A stretch of DNA of 64,000 bases from the human T2T-CHM13v2.0 reference genome, Homo sapiens: assembly GCF_009914755.1 (NCBI RefSeq), contig NC_060933.1; one strand, given 5' to 3'. The translations under genes were made by a program, and so were the position numbers. Positions 12,338 to 29,204 of the stretch are shown here, in pieces. The notes beneath the pieces were generated by a model. The model did not search any database, was not told the DNA's origin, and worked only from the letters and a program-made list of their open reading frames with translations. Every line of letters starts with the position of its first letter. Position 1 is the first letter of the stretch.

Positions 12338-15171
12338 CTTTTATTTCTTCAACTGTCACTCCATTGCCTGCCATTCATTGTTGCCTCCCTGTGGGAGGGG
12401 TGTTGGAGCCAGGTTATCAAAGAAAGGCTGAGATTTCTTGTCACGTCTTTCTGTTAATTTTTAATTACTGTGGCGATGATCACAGATGGTTCTGCTCTTT
12501 CCCTCCTGCTACCCCCTTAAGTTTACCACAGGCAGGAAAGAAGAGCAGAGTCACATGTTGGTTTCAACGTGCATTGTACTCCTGAAGTCATAGCAGAGCC
12601 CGTGTGTGGTAGCTTGTTCCCATGGGCAGCTGTAATTCTTAGTTTTAGATGGAGGGTGGCTGTGATTCTCTTCGACCTGTTCTGCACCCTCCACCCTGTA
12701 GTATCAGAAATGAAAGATCTGTGCTGTGCAAGAAGGTTGAGAACATGCGTTTATGTGACAGCCCCAGGCTGGGGATGGCCGTGCTGAATCAGGATCTCAG
12801 GCACCCAGCATTGTTTTAGGTGAGCATTCCTTCTTTTTACAGAGTGGACTGGCATCTTTGTTAGCAGCTTGTTCTGTATCTTTCCCACGTGTAGCGGTTC
12901 ACAATTTAAAAACAATCCTCGCAGTACCAAAAACTGATTTCAGAGGGTTCTAGAAAGATAGTGGGGCAGGAAGACCAGGAATTCATCTCCTCACCTAGAC
13001 AACAGTTCCACTGGCAGAATCTGTCTGATGTAACTATTTTGGAACTCTGGAGTCTACTGAAGGTTTGCAACTTCTAGGCGGGAAGCTGGGACGGTTAATT
13101 TCAGTCAGTTTCAGCTCTGCTGCCCACTGCCTTCCTCAGCCCTGTGGTGCAGGGTGTGCGGTGTTCCTGGAACAGTGTGCGTGCAGCTTGTGGGAGCCAG
13201 GGTGAGCAAAGAGGACCTTGTCCCCAGGTGCATACAGAGAGGCCCTCTCATCCGGTTGTAAGCCTTTCTTCCATGTGACGGCCAAGAAATCTAAAGGGCC
13301 AGTGCTCTTTTTATCTCCCCACTTCATTTTTATTGTTTTCTCCTTTTGGGAGCCAGACATTAAAGACTAGGATATTCAGAAGCAACTGTGTATATGGGGT
13401 AAATTATAAAGTGACTGCATGTGCCCAGGGAAAGGCACAGGCTAAGGGAAGACATGAAAAGACCTTAAGTTTAAATCTCAGGCTCACCCTCCTCACAGAG
13501 ACAGCCTACAACTATAAAAAATGACAACAACAAAAACACCCCAAAACCAGTAACAGCAACAAAACAGTACACCCTGGAAAAGGAGGAGAATCAGCTTTTC
13601 AGAGTTTCTACATTATTGGATTCAAATGTCCAGTTTTCAGCATAGAACTACAAGGCATACAAAGAAACAGGAAGGTATGGCCCAATCAGATGCAAAAATA
13701 AGTCAACAGAAACTGTTCCCAGAAAAGATCTGATGCCAGATCCACCAGACAAAGACTTTAAAGTAACTGTCTTAGATATGGTCAGATCCTAAAGGAAGGT
13801 ATGGAGAGAGTCAAGAAAATGATGTATGATCAAAATGGAAATACCAATAAAGAGCTAGAAAACGTAAAAAGGAACCAAAAGAAATTCTGGAGCTAAAAAG
13901 TATAATAAGTGAAATGAAAAATTCACTAGAGGAAATCAAAGGCAGATCTGAACAGACGGAAGAAAGAGATAGCAAACTTGAAGATAGGACAGTGAAAATA
14001 ATCAAGTTTGAGAAGCAAACAACAAGACTGAAGGGAAGTGAGCAGAGCCTGGGGACCTGTGGGCATCATCAGGAGGACCAAACAGGGATTGTGGGAGTCC
14101 AGGAAGAAGAGAGTAAGAAAAGGGTGGAGAGAATATCTGATGAAACCCATGAGTATAAACACCCAGGGAACCTGGTGAACTCCAGTAAGATGAACTCAAA
14201 GAGACCCACAGTAGACACGTTATACTTGAGACACTTCTGTAGAAAGACAAAGAGAATCTTGAAAGCAGATGAGAAAAGAGACTCATCACATACACGTTTC
14301 CTCAGTGAGATCATTGGCAGGTTTCTCATCAGAAACTTTGGGGGACAGAATATATCACCGGTATATTAAGAGTGATAAAAAAATCTTTCAACCAAGTATC
14401 CATATCCATGGAAACTGTCCTTTAAGAGTGCAGAAGAAATTAAGATATTCTCAGATAAACAAAAGCTGAGGGAATTTGTTACCACCTGACCTGGACCTGC
14501 AAGAAATACTTAAAGGAGCCTAGCAGGTTGAAAAGAAAGAACACTAGACAGTAACTTGAAGCCATATGGAGAAGTAAAGACATGGGCAGTTATAAAAGCT
14601 AGTATTGTAACAGTGGTTTGTACCTCCACTTTTTGTTTTCTGTAAGATCTAAGAGACAAATCCGTTTAAAAAATTAGTCTGCAAGCTAGTATCATTGCAA
14701 CTTTGGTTTGTAACTCCACATTTTTCCTACATAACAAGAGACTAATGCATTTAAACGAATTGTTTATGTTTTGGGGCACAGCATGAATAAAGATGTAGTT
14801 TTGTGACATCAGCAAATGAAAGGGGTGGGAACAGATATGTAAAGGAGCAGAGTTTTTCTGTGTTACTGAAGTTAAGCTGGCATAAATTTAAATTAGAATG
14901 TTATTACTTTAGGATGTTAAATGTAATCCCCATGGTAACCACAAAGAAAATAGCTATAGAACATACACAAAAGGAAATGAGAAAAGAATTTAAACATTCC
15001 ACTATAAAAAATCAACTAAATATAAAAGAAGACAGTAGTGCAAGAAATGAGGGACGAAAAAAGCTATAATACATGTAGCAAACATAGCAAAATGACAGAA
15101 GTAAATCCTCATCAATAGTTGTTTTAAATGTAAACAGATGAAGATTTCCAATCAAAAGACGAAGATTGGCA

Positions 15172-15572
15172 GTGCTATGGTTTGGATGTGGTTTGTCCAC
15201 ACCAAAGCTCATGTTGAAATGAGATCCCCAATATGGCAGTGTTGTGAGGTGGGGCCTAGCTTGAGGTGATTGGTCATGTGTGTGGATTCCTCATGAATAG
15301 ATCAGTGCCCTCCCTCCAGGTGAGTGAATTCTCGCTCTTAGTTGCCTTGAGAGTGAGGTGTTTGAAAGAATCTGGCTTCCTTGGTTTCTCTGTCTCTTCC
15401 TTCTTCTCTCACCATGTGATCGCTTGCACATGCCTGCTCCCTTTCCAATTTCCACCATGAGCCAGAGCATGAAGCCCTACCAGGTGTACCTGCTCAATAT
15501 TAAACTTTCCAGCCACCAGACTCAGGAGACAAATCTCTTTATCTTTTATGGCAACACTAAATGGACAAAGGC
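15172..15572 (+). mobile_element. ERVL-MaLR solo LTR (MST/MLT1A-like)
   Basis: tgctatggtttggatgtggtttgtcc...gaggtggggcct...gcaacactaaatggac. Confidence 0.8.
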
Positions 15573-16042
15573 AGATGCATCAAGAGAAAAAAAACAGATG
15601 ATCCTACTACATGCTGTCTATAAGAGACCCACCTTAGATCCAAAGACAGAAATAGATTGAAAGTGAAAGGATGAAAAAAGATATTCCATGCAAACAGTAA
15701 CCAAAGAGAGCAAGGTGGCTATCAGACAAAATTTAAAAATAAAAATTTATTTCTTTTTAAATAAAAAAAGGTTACAAGAGACTAAGAAGGACAATATATA
15801 GTAATAAAAGTTTCAATACAATAAGAAGGTATAACAATTACCTGGGTAAACATTTACATACCCAACGAATGATAGACTATCAAGATACAAGAAGTAAAAC
15901 TGATAGAATTGAAGGGAGACATAGACAATTCTACATTAATAGTTGGAGACCTCAGTATCCACTTATCAATAATGGATAGAATAACCATATAGCAAATAAG
16001 AAAGGAAATGGAGGACTAAACACCATAAGCCAACTAGATTTA

Positions 16043-16790
<748 letters not shown>

Positions 16791-17462
16791 ATGTATATGT
16801 GGAAAAAGACAGAGATTCAAAACTTACTACAAAGCTATAGTACTCAAAACAGTGTTATTCCAGCATAAAGACAGACATATAGGCCAGTGGGCTAGAACAG
16901 AGAGCACAGAAATAAACCTTTGTGTTATATGATCAGTTGATTTTTGACAAGAGTGCCAAGACCATTCAACGGGGGAAAGGACAGCTTTCCAACAAATGGT
17001 GCGGGGAAGACTGGATATCCACATGCAGAAGAGTGATACTGGACCCTTACCTCACACCATATGCAGAAGTTAGCCTAAGACAGGTCCAGGACCTAAATGT
17101 AAGACCTAAACATATAAAATTCTGAGAAGAAAACATAGGACAAAGGCTCCACAACCTTGGATTTGGCAGTGATTTCTTGGACATGACACCAAAAGTGTAG
17201 GTAACAAAAAAAAAGGAGACACACTGGGTTTGATGAGACTTGGTGTCTTTTGATGCACAAAGCTTTCTATCTCCTTGTTTCCCTGTTTCCCTGCTTCTTA
17301 CTGCTGCACTTGGCTAGTCGTAAAGAAAAGACACTGTTAACGGAATAAAAAGGCACCTGTGGAGTAGGAGAAAATATCTGCAAATCCTATGTCTGATGAG
17401 GAATTACTACCCAAAATATACAAAAAAAATCCCACAACTCAACAATAAAAACAACTTGATTA

Positions 17463-17828
<366 letters not shown>

Positions 17829-17991
17829 TTATTCAAAGAAGATGCACAAATGGCCAGTAAGCCCATGAAAAGATGCTCAACGTCACTAATCATAAGGTAA
17901 ATGCAAATCAAAACCACAGTGAGATACCACCGTACACCTGTTGAGGACAGCAACTATCAAAACAGAAAATGGCACATATCAGTGAGGATGC

Positions 17992-18430
17992 GGAGAAATG
18001 GGAACCCTTGTGCACTGCTGGTAGGAAGTGAAACGGTGCATCTGCTGTGAAAAACTCAAAAAACTAAGTGTGGAACTACCATGTGATCCAGCAGTTCCAC
18101 TGCTGGGCACGTGCCCCAGCAGCACTGAAAGCAGGGTCTTGAAGAGATGCTTGTACACCCACGTTGATAGCAGCATCAACCACAGCAGCCAAAAGGGGGA
18201 AGCCACCCGAGGGTCGGCTGTCGGGCGAACGGATCAGCAAAGTGTCGTGTGCAAAACGCAGTGACGTGTGACTCAGCCTGAGAAGCAGCGAAGCTGGGGC
18301 CCGCGCTGCAGCGTGGATGAGCCTCGGGGACACTGTGCCGAATGAAGTAAGTCAGCCACAAAAGAACAAATGTTGTACCATTCCACTTAAAGGAGGTCCC
18401 TAGAGTCGTCCAACTGATGGACACAGAAAG
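17992..18430. repeat. Right arm of 439 bp inverted repeat (partner 5879-6317)
   Basis: Manual alignment to the left arm, 5 mismatches. Confidence 0.97.
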
Positions 18431-18656
18431 AGTAGAAGGGGCTGGAGTCTGGGGCTGGAGGAAGGGAATGGAGAGTTAGGGCTTAATGGGAACAGAGCTT
18501 CAGTTTGACAAGATGGAAAGAGTTGTGGAGGTAGATAGGGGTGATAGTTGCACAACATTCTGAATGTATTTAATACCATGGAACCGTGCACTTAAAGATG
18601 ATGAAGATGGTAAATTTTGTGGTGTGTGTATTTTACTAGTAAAAAAAAAAAAAACA

Positions 18657-18948
18657 GGCCGGGCGCGGTGGCTCATGCCTGTAATCCCAGCACTTTGGGA
18701 GGCCGAAGCAGGCAGATCACAAGGTCAGGAGATCGAGACCATCCTGGCTAACACGGTGAAACCTCGTCTCTACTAAAAATAGAAAAATTAGCCGGGCGTG
18801 GTGGCCCAGGTACTCAGGAGGCTGAGGCAGGAGAATGGCGTGAACCCAGGAGGCGGAGCTTGCAGTGAGCGGAGATCGCACCAATGCACTCCAGCCTGGG
18901 CAACAGAGCCAGACTCAGTCTCAAAAAAAAAAAAAAAAGAAAGAAAAA
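18657..18948 (+). mobile_element. AluY-like
   Basis: gagatcgagaccatcctggctaacacggtg...ggcgtgaaccc...A tail. Confidence 0.93.
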
Positions 18949-18975
18949 GTAAACTTAGGTCATAAAGCAGTTTGA

Positions 18976-19250
18976 GTGTCCACACTTGTAGGTTGCTGCT
19001 GGGTTCAGTGTCCACACTTGGGTAGAAGCTGCAGGTCCCTGCTTGGTACAGTGTCCACACTTGAGTAGAAGCTGCAGGTCCCTGCTGGGTTCAATGTTCA
19101 CACTTGGGTAGAAGCTGCAGGTCCCTGCTGGGTTCATTTTCCACACTTGGGTAGAAGCTGCAGGTCCCTGCTGGGTTCATTGTCCACACTTGGGTAGAAG
19201 CTGCAGGTCCCTACTGGGTTCATTGTCCACACTTGGGTAGAAGCTGCAGG
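18976..19250. repeat. 43 bp minisatellite TGTCCACACTTGGGTAGAAGCTGCAGGTCCCTGCTGGGTTCAT, ~6 copies
   Basis: Direct inspection. Confidence 0.92.
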
Positions 19251-20265
19251 TTGCTGCAGAAGTTGCAGTGCTTCCCTTGCGCTTTTTTGCTGGTGACCAC
19301 AGGACATGCCCAGAGTGGAGGCCCTGCCTTTTGCTTTGTGAGCTTGGAGTGTTCGTGCCTTCTGCATAGGTGGGTGGGAACAGTGCCAAATACTGATCCT
19401 GAATGGCCTGGGGTCTCTGTGTGGACTTGTCGGGCAGGGAGGAAGGAGGACGGTGTCTCTGATGGCAGGGAACAGTTCTACAGGTGCTGCTGTCCAGGCA
19501 TGAGGCCTGGACATAGAGCTGGGCCCTGCTCTATGTGACCTGAGGACAGAAGCCCTTGTGAGTGGCAGAGTTGTGGTGGTGACCACGCAGACTGCTGTGT
19601 TTCCCGTGCACTTGCTTTTTTCCCTCACTTCCAACCTCCCATCCACCTTGTCTGCCCTCTGGAGCCTGTCGCCTTTCTTCCTTGTCCACACCTCTTCTAC
19701 CCAGCAGCCCAGCCTTCCTGCAGAGCAGCTGGGCAGTGCCCACCCCCACCCCACGCCCATTTCCACTCCTGGCACTATTTTTCCTGGAACTGTCTGTTCC
19801 ACACTGTCCTATGCCTGGGCCTCCCCGAGCGTCCTGTGAGATGCCAGTTGGCGAGAGTCTTTGCTCGGGGTCCTGAAGCCCCCCCCTCGCCCCCCTTCTT
19901 GATGTTCTCCACCAGGATTCTCCTGTGCCAGATCCCATCTGCAGGGCACTGGCCCCGCTTCTTTGAGGCCTGGACTGCAAATCCTCCTTCCAAAGAGGCC
20001 CTCGAGCCTCTTCGAAGCTTACTGCCAGCCGTCCTGCAGTTTTCTTTCTCCTGGCCCCTGATGACGCTGAATCCCAGCCGTCTGGCTCAGGGCCAGACCC
20101 CTTCCCTGGACACAGCTGGAAGTCCCCCTGCAGGACTGAAGCGGCTCCTCTTCACACTTCAGCCACGTGCTCAAACACTTTCAGGTCCTTAATAGATTCT
20201 ACATTTCTGAAAGTCATCCATAGATGTTTCTCTACTATTTAATGTGTAGCAAATTTTATACCTAA

Positions 20266-20846
<581 letters not shown>

Positions 20847-20908
20847 ACATGATTCTTAAGCACATGAAATGCAGGGTTATCTCCTTTGTCCTCACTCAGC
20901 CATTCATT

Positions 20909-21115
20909 ACAGGAGTCAGCAAACTGTTTCCAGGGGACAGGTAGCAAACTGTTTCCAGGGGACAGGTAGCAAACGTCAGCGCCTTTGTGGGCCACACTGT
21001 TCCTGTCCCAGCTGGTCATGCTGTTGTCACATTGAAGCAGATGCAGACAGTATGTAGACAGTGGGCATGGGTGTGCACCAATAAAGCTTTATTTATAAAC
21101 AGGTGCCATGTCCGA
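20909..21115. mobile_element. MER58-like DNA transposon fossil with a small internal duplication
   Basis: caggagtcagcaaact...ccaataaagctttatttataaacagg. Confidence 0.6.
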
Positions 21116-21183
21116 TTTATGATATTAATAACCATGGGTTACTGAGATGAAATGAGGAAAAGAATCTAGTGAGAAAGTACATG

Positions 21184-21423
21184 TAGTCACCCTTGGGTAT
21201 ATGCAGAGATTGGCTCCAGGACCCCATCCCCATACCAAAATCCGAGCATGCTGCAACCCTGCAGTCAGCCCTGCAGAACCTGTGTAATATGAAAAGTTGG
21301 CCCTCTGTGTTCAGGGGTTTTGCATCTTGCAAACATTGTATTTTCAACCTGTTTGGTTGGGAAAAAAATTCTGCTTGTAAGTGGACCTATGTGATTAAAA
21401 TCCATGTTCAAAAGTTGGCTGTA
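21184..21423. mobile_element. MER2-like (TcMar-Tigger) DNA transposon fossil
   Basis: gattggctccaggacccc...ataccaaaatcc...gaaaagttggccctctgt. Confidence 0.65.
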
Positions 21424-21854
21424 TATATATTTAAAGCTGAGAGACTTGACAGTTATCTGATTAAATCCAGGCCTCCTTCATCCCCCCACAAAATATCTAT
21501 TCAAAATATCAAGATGATTATGATAGTGAGTTTAGGATTCCCAGGGCTACCAAGGGATTTCTGTTGCTTGAGCACAGCCATGCTGGCCTGTCAGCCTGTT
21601 ATAGTGTGGACAGACAGAGCCAAGTGTCTGCATGTTGGCTGTGTGCTCCGAGCCTGACCCCCATGAACATACTGCAGACGCCTGGTGTGATCGTTTCCCA
21701 GCGTCCGTGGTCCCAGGCACCTCCTTACTCCAGAGCGGATTGCCCAGGCCCCGCGGCGTCTGTGGGTGGTGCTGTCAAAGGACCTACCCGCTTTGGATGG
21801 TTCTCACTCGTTCACGTCCCTCCAACTGTTGCTTCTGCACTTTGTAGAACCAAA

Positions 21855-21856
<2 letters not shown>

Positions 21857-21897
<41 letters not shown>
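21857..21897. repeat. (TG)~20 microsatellite next to an Alu monomer (~21905-22020, -)
   Basis: Direct inspection. Confidence 0.92.
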
Positions 21898-21899
<2 letters not shown>

Positions 21900-22916
21900 G
21901 TAAAGGGGGTCTCACTGTGTTTCCCAGGCTGGGCTTGAACTCCTGGAATGAAGCAAACCCTCCCTCCCACTCAAGCCTCCTCAGTAGCTGGGTCTTCAGG
22001 TGTGAGCTGCTGTGCCCAGCTTTAAACAGAGTGGATTTTCCCCATCCCTTTAGGAGAGTTTCTTTTATGTTAAAGCAGTGGCTTTTAGATCTGTTTTTCT
22101 TTAAATCCTGGAACTTAAAAAAAGTCATGGAGTCTGATTATATAAAACCAGTCGAACCTAGAACTGCTTTGTTCAGAATGGGGTTGGGAGCCCCCAGGCC
22201 CCTTCCTCGCTGCTGCTCTTGTTTGGAAACCACTGCTCCAGAGCCCCCAGACATTTGCTTCTCCCTCTCAGCCTCTTATCTTTTAATAGAGAGCTGGACC
22301 GTAGCTCCAGGCACTGTCTTTCCCCTTAGTCACTGGATTGCAGCGCAAGGAGGATGGTGTTGGGGAGAGGGCCTAGGAGGATGGTGTCTGGGTGTTGGGC
22401 TGTGGAGTCACAGGGGTGGACCTGGCACAGAGCTTGTGTCCTAGGAAGACTGGCCTGGCCTGGCCCCTGTGCTGGGAAGGGAGGCTGGGCTCTTCCTGCT
22501 CCGCGCTGCGTCCTCCCTGCTGCACATGCTGTTCACGTTGGTCTGTTTTGCAAAGTGAGAGGACTTCTCAAGGGTAGTCATTCCATGTGCAAAGCCAAGG
22601 GGACTGGGAGGAGGAGTCGCTTCAGAGCCCTGCTACTGATGATTTGTGGCTTTCCTGCCTCCAAGGTGGGGTGATAATGTTTGCTCCGTGTTTTGTTGTG
22701 AATGGAACAGATGAACAGATGATCCAGGACGTGTTTCTGATTCTCTGTGAATTGATCGTGAGGGAAGGATGCCTGTCACTGTGCTGATGACCTGCGGGCA
22801 GTGGGCCTGTTGTGATGGGGTTTGCTGGTGATTTTGGTGATCAAGTTTTGTAAACTGTCTCTTACCTTTGAAAAACATTTGAATGGTGTTTCTTTTCCTT
22901 TCTTGTCCCCTTTTGA

Positions 22917-23111
<195 letters not shown>

Positions 23112-23466
23112 TGAGTTGCCACGTGTGCGTGGAAATGCGTTTCTGTGTTCAGGGCCTCGTTATCAGTAATTTGGGTGACCTCAGTCCCCGGGAAGGTGCC
23201 AGTGCCATGAAGCTCCTCTGCCATAGGGGCAGAGTGTTCGTGTCCAAGATCATTGTGGGGGACTCCACCCCGTCCTCCCTGCCCTCCTCACCACAGCCCA
23301 CCTGTCTGCCGGGCTCTTCTCCAGGTGGCAGGGGCACCTCTTCGTGTGTCCCCGCCTCCCCACAGGCCCTTGCACCTCCCAGTCACCCAAGACTCCTCAG
23401 TGAAAGCAAGTTTGTTCATGATGCGCACTGATCCTGCCTTGGGGTATACACCTGCCCGTGTTCTAG

Positions 23467-23655
23467 GGGGAGAAGGACCTGGGCGCCAGCAGCCTGCACG
23501 TGAATGGGGAGAGCCTGGAGATGGACTCGGATGAGGACGACTCAGAGGAGCTCGAGGAGGACGACGGCCATGGTGCAGAGCAGGCGGCCGCGTTCCCCAC
23601 AGAGGACAGCAGGACTTCCAAGGAGAGCATGTCGGAGGCTGATCGCGCCCAGAAG
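23467..23655 (+). CDS. EHMT1: EHMT1 exon 6 (189 nt): acidic region [35 protein letters not shown]...ADRAQK
   Basis: ttctag|GGG acceptor, AAG|gtatgt donor; ORF track 23500..23727. Confidence 0.96.
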
Positions 23656-23889
23656 GTATGTGTTGCTGTCTTGGGTGACAGCACAAGGAAAGAGCATCAC
23701 AAAGTTGGCCGTGGTTCTGAAAATTAACAGTCTGGTCACTTCTAGACCCTGATAAAATCCCCTGTTTACAATTGGCTTAGATTTTTGTATTTTATTTTTC
23801 TTGATTTATTAGATTATTTTCATTCAAGAAGTATTTATGTTTCTGTACATCATTCATTGAAGTAAACCTCTTTTTTTTTTCTGTGTTTT

Positions 23890-24181
23890 CTTTCTTTCTT
23901 TTTTTTGAGACAGGGTCTTGTTTTCACCCACGCTGCAGTGCAGTGGCACGATCATAGCTCACTGCACTCAACCTCCTGGGCTCAATGATCCTCCCATCCC
24001 AGCCCCCCGAGCAGCTGGGACCACAGGCTCACGCCACCATGCCTGGCTAATTTTTAAATTTTTTTGTGGAGACGGGGACTCGCTTTGCTGCCCAGGCTGG
24101 TCTTGAGCTCCTTTGCTCAAGTGATCCTCCCGCCTCAGTCTCCCAGTGTTGGGAATACAGCCATGAGCCACGGCGCCCGCC
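23890..24181 (-). mobile_element. AluJ
   Basis: Antisense Alu dimer. Confidence 0.9.
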
Positions 24182-25672
24182 CTCTTGAACTTGTTCTGGG
24201 CTCTAGATTGACAGGAATGATATTGCTGACAGCTTGAAGTGCTGATTGGCGGCTTGCTGTGTGCTCGTTTGTGGTTGGCTTTGCGTGGCCTGCCACCTTG
24301 CACTGTGGACACCACACATGGGCCAGGCGTGCTCTCTTCACAGACAGCCTCATCCTGTGTCCACCCAAGGACAAGCACCAGCACGGGCCAAGGCCCCAGC
24401 CTTGTCACAGCGGTGCTGTTGCCCCTGGCCAGGTATGGGCACCTGGGCCAGTGTCTCAGGGAAACTGAGGAAGTTCTTAGACATACAGTTTCGGAGTTAC
24501 ATTCATGCTTTTTCAGTTCTGAGGGGTCAGTTAGGAGTGACGCATTTCATAAGGACGAACAGTGGAAAGTTAAGAATCAAGTTGACATGCAAATCTGTGG
24601 TTTATTGTTCGAGTGTGTCCAACCATGTTTATTTAGACGCAATCTTGTATCTAAGAAGTTATTCCAAAACTAACAGTAGGAATAGCAGTCCAGGTGAGTT
24701 CATCCAAATAGTGACTTACTGGAAAATGCATAATTTTAGTGGTTAAGGTTTTTCCCCTTTCAGTCAGCTTTGTGTGCTATGGCGTATCCCTGAATGTATA
24801 CAAAGCATTTTCTATCATTTGTCAGAGTTTTGGGGATGTGTTTTCTTCCTTTTGCTTCAATTTCAAAGTCTGTTGTACATTTTTAGCATGTTTTAGGGCA
24901 AATTTTTGAATGTTGCTCCCAGGTTGTAGCTTGATTATTTAAAAATTCGTTGGAAATATTACCATTAGATATTTAAAGAGGATTTAAAAATTTTTTATTT
25001 TAAGATAATTATTAGTTTTTTCTCCTCTTATATGAAGAAGCATGAGGAAGAAAACACAGCATCATCACCCCATTGTCCTGGTGGCTCTGGCACTCTGAAA
25101 CAGTCACTACAGGAACTTCCTTAGACGTGCCCAGCACAGCCCAGCCCTCCCCGAAGGACAGGCAGCCCTGACTGCACCGTGGGGAAGCAGCTACCCCAGC
25201 AGCTGCCGCGGTCTCTGCACACACGTGTCTGTCGCTCCAGTGCACTGTCTGTTCAGCTGTGTTACGCTCTTTCTGTCAAGTTACAAGGGGTATTCAGTGT
25301 CACAGTTTTGCTGAGTATGCCGGAGGCTCATAAGTGCTGTCTGCATTTACAGTGTAGCACTTTGATGTCACCAGGCCACCTCTGACTGTATCCTTCCACC
25401 TGCAGAGACCTGAGGGGTGTGGTTTCCTCACCTTCCCCAGCAGGGCTGCCTTCTTGGAGTCCAGCAGCTCTTCATTGCTGAGTCATGCCTGGGGCTGAGC
25501 AGCCAGCCACCAGTGTTTGTTCCTCTGTAAGCCGCTTGCTAAATAGCCCCTGCTCATTTTTCTTCTGGATTTTGCATCTTTTGAATGTAGTCTGACGATC
25601 TTTTTTGTCAACGAAGAGTTGATCTGTTGGCTCCAGTATGAATGGAGGTTTTTTCCCCAGGTGGATTTTGGG

Positions 25673-25979
25673 TTTTTTGTTTTGTTTTTTATTTTTTGGG
25701 GACAGGGTCTCACTCTGTTGCCCAGGCTGGAGTGCAGTGGCGTGATCACGCTCAGTGCAACCTTGAACTCCTGGGCTGAAGCGATCCTCCTGCCTCAGCT
25801 TCCTGAGTAGCTGGGGCTACAGGCACGTGCCACCATGTCCAGCTGATGTTTTTTTATTTTTTGTAGAGACAGGATCCCACTGTGTTGCCCAGGCTGGTTG
25901 AACTCCTGGGCTTAAGTGAACCTTCCACCTCAGCTTCCAAAAGTGCTGGGATTACAGGCGTGAGCCACCACGCCCAGCC
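25673..25979 (-). mobile_element. AluJ
   Basis: Antisense Alu dimer. Confidence 0.9.
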
Positions 25980-26701
25980 GATTTTGTCTTTTGACCTTGT
26001 CTGTAGTGTCAGAACTCCCAGGTACTAATCAATTTCTTTATGATTTCTGAGTTCTGTGTTCTAATTATGATAAAAACCTTTCTCACTGTTGATTTTGAAT
26101 GAATTGATGTATGCTATCTTCTAATACTTCTTTTATTTCATTCTTGTATATAAATATTTGATTCATATAGAATTAAAATATCAGGTAGGGCTGCTCAGAA
26201 TGGGGGAAGTTTATGACATATTAATTATATCTCAATAAAGCTTTTAAAAGAAAATGTGAGGTAAGGGTCCCAGGGCTTCCCTTAAAATGCTTAGGTTTCA
26301 GCTCCACTTACTGACTGACATTTCTTCCCTTCTCATTTACAACACCACGTTTATCATGTACCATATGGGATATTAATTTCAGTCTATTTCTCGATTCTCT
26401 CTTTCGATTGAGGTTCTCATCTTCTAGAGGAACTGGACACTGAATAACTCTAGGTATTTGTCATAAAGTAAAACATTAAATGACTGTCAAGGCACGAAAA
26501 GAATCAAGAAACAAAAGCAAAGCCAAGAAGAAAATGTGGTCAGTGTAAAACAGAACAAGATGGCAGGAACAGCCTTAACTAGATGGGCACTGACAATCAA
26601 CAGTGATAGTTTCGTTACGTAAGTGGCTCCAGAGAATAGAGAAGGATAGGAAAAGTACGCTAGCCCATTCTGAGACTAAAATATAGGCTGAAGTCACCTA
26701 A

Positions 26702-27029
<328 letters not shown>

Positions 27030-27404
27030 TAAAATATGAATCAAATGCAATGACATATTAAAATAATGATTGTAAGGAAGTAGGGCTTACCCCAGGATGA
27101 GAGTGATTCATTACTAGAAATAGATTATTTAAAGACCAGGATTTACTAGGTTAACAGAATAAATGAGAAAAACTACACAACGTATATGTGTTTTTAAAAA
27201 AGGCATTTTATAAAGTTCAGTCCGCTTTCTGTTTTCTGAATTTGGGGGGATTACATTGTGATTGCATGTATGACAACGGTACAGTTGAGTAATGATGGAA
27301 GAATGACGTACCTGTGTGGCCACCACCCAGATCAAAGCCTTGAATTCTGGTGGCACTGCAGAAGCCCACTGACCTCCCATCCCCAAAAGTAACCCCTCTC
27401 CTGA

Positions 27405-27497
27405 GTGCTAACCGTGTAGGATGGTCGTGTTTGAAGTGCTAACCCTGTAGGATGGTCGTGTTTGAAGTGCTAACCCTGTAGGATGGTCATGTTTGAT
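27405..27497. repeat. 31 bp tandem triplication GTGCTAACCCTGTAGGATGGTCGTGTTTGAA
   Basis: Direct inspection. Confidence 0.9.
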
Positions 27498-28661
27498 TTC
27501 GTTCTTTCTATAAATGGAATTACACAGAATGCATTCTTTCTTTTTTTTCTTTGAGTGTGGCTTATTTTACTCAACGTTGTGTTTCTGGGATTTATTTATA
27601 TTATTAGTTAATTTTCATTGTTATGGAATAGTAGTTTTCAAAGTGGTCTGGGTGGGGGCATTCTGAGACCTGTTGGGAGAGTCTGCAGATCAAAACTGTT
27701 ATCATACTAATGCTCAGATGTTGGGTGCCTTTTTCACTATCATTCATGGAATTACATGTGATGGCGGCTTTGCTGTGGTGGCTGACACTGTGTCCTTGTA
27801 GTTTGAACATGTCTCAGCTTAAATTTCTACTACAGTACATGTTAATAGATACTTGTATTAACAAACGTTCTTTATGGTTCTTGGTGCTATTTCAGAGTGT
27901 GCGGGGCCTTAGGCCAGGGAGGCGACCATACAGGTTCCTCTGTATGGCTGCTCTCGTGTCTGTGTCCGTCCCACTGTGGATGGCCTGTGGGTGGTTCCAG
28001 TGGGGCCGTCCTGGAGGAGGTTGCTGCCAGCACCCTCATACAGGTGTTGCCCCAGGTACCCACTGGGAACGGAACCGCCATGCCTTGTGCTGGCCTCCAT
28101 GGACTCTGCCATGCGGCTCCCCACGGTGGCTGCTCAGGTTGCCTTCTTCCCCACCGCCTCGGAGCATCCCCTCTGCTGTGCCGGCCACACTCGGTGCTGC
28201 CACTCCAACGAGCAGATAGTGGCATTACGTTTTCAGTTTAATTTGCATTTTCATGATTTATGAGAAGGTTGAATACTTTTTCACATACTTACTTTGCCAT
28301 TTGGATGCCTTTTGTGAAGTGCCTATTCACATCCCAAACATTTATCTACTGGGCTGTTTGTCCTTTTTGAAACATGTTTTGTAGGGGTTCTTTGGCCTGG
28401 AAACAAGCCCTTGTTGTGTAGTCGACATGATTCCTTCTTCTGCATGTGGCCTGCCTTTTCACTGAAACAGTACCCGGTTTAGCCATTCTGCTCAGAAGCC
28501 ACTTGCCAGAACCTGTTGCTTGACAGCTGGTGCGGCAGCCACTCTGGGTGCTGGTGAAGGGAGAGCTGGACCCTCTCCCCTCTTAGCCTGAATCTGTTAG
28601 TGAGCCTGGTGTCCAGAGTTGTGTCCTGCTGGGTGGGGGACAGGCAACTTTTGGTCTGTGG

Positions 28662-28762
28662 CCTGCTACCCACCCCCAGGACAGATGTGGGAAGCTCCTG
28701 GCCTGCTCCTGACCTGCTACCCACCCCCAGGACAGATGTGGGAAGCTCCTGGCCTGCTCCTG
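28662..28762. repeat. ~51 bp perfect tandem duplication
   Basis: cctgctacccacccccaggacagatgtgggaagctcctggcctgctcctg occurs twice. Confidence 0.9.
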
Positions 28763-28859
28763 GCTTCTCTTTTCCTGTTTCACTTGGGTGTCAGCCTTCT
28801 CAGTTCACCTGCATCAGACTCTAAGTTCCCTATTTACTTTATTATTTGTGTGTGTGTGT

Positions 28860-29204
<345 letters not shown>

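Noticed and set aside
18976-19250. CRISPR-like appearance of regularly spaced repeats (here and in other arrays)
   Set aside because: Head-to-tail tandem units without unique spacers, no cas genes, mammalian intron.
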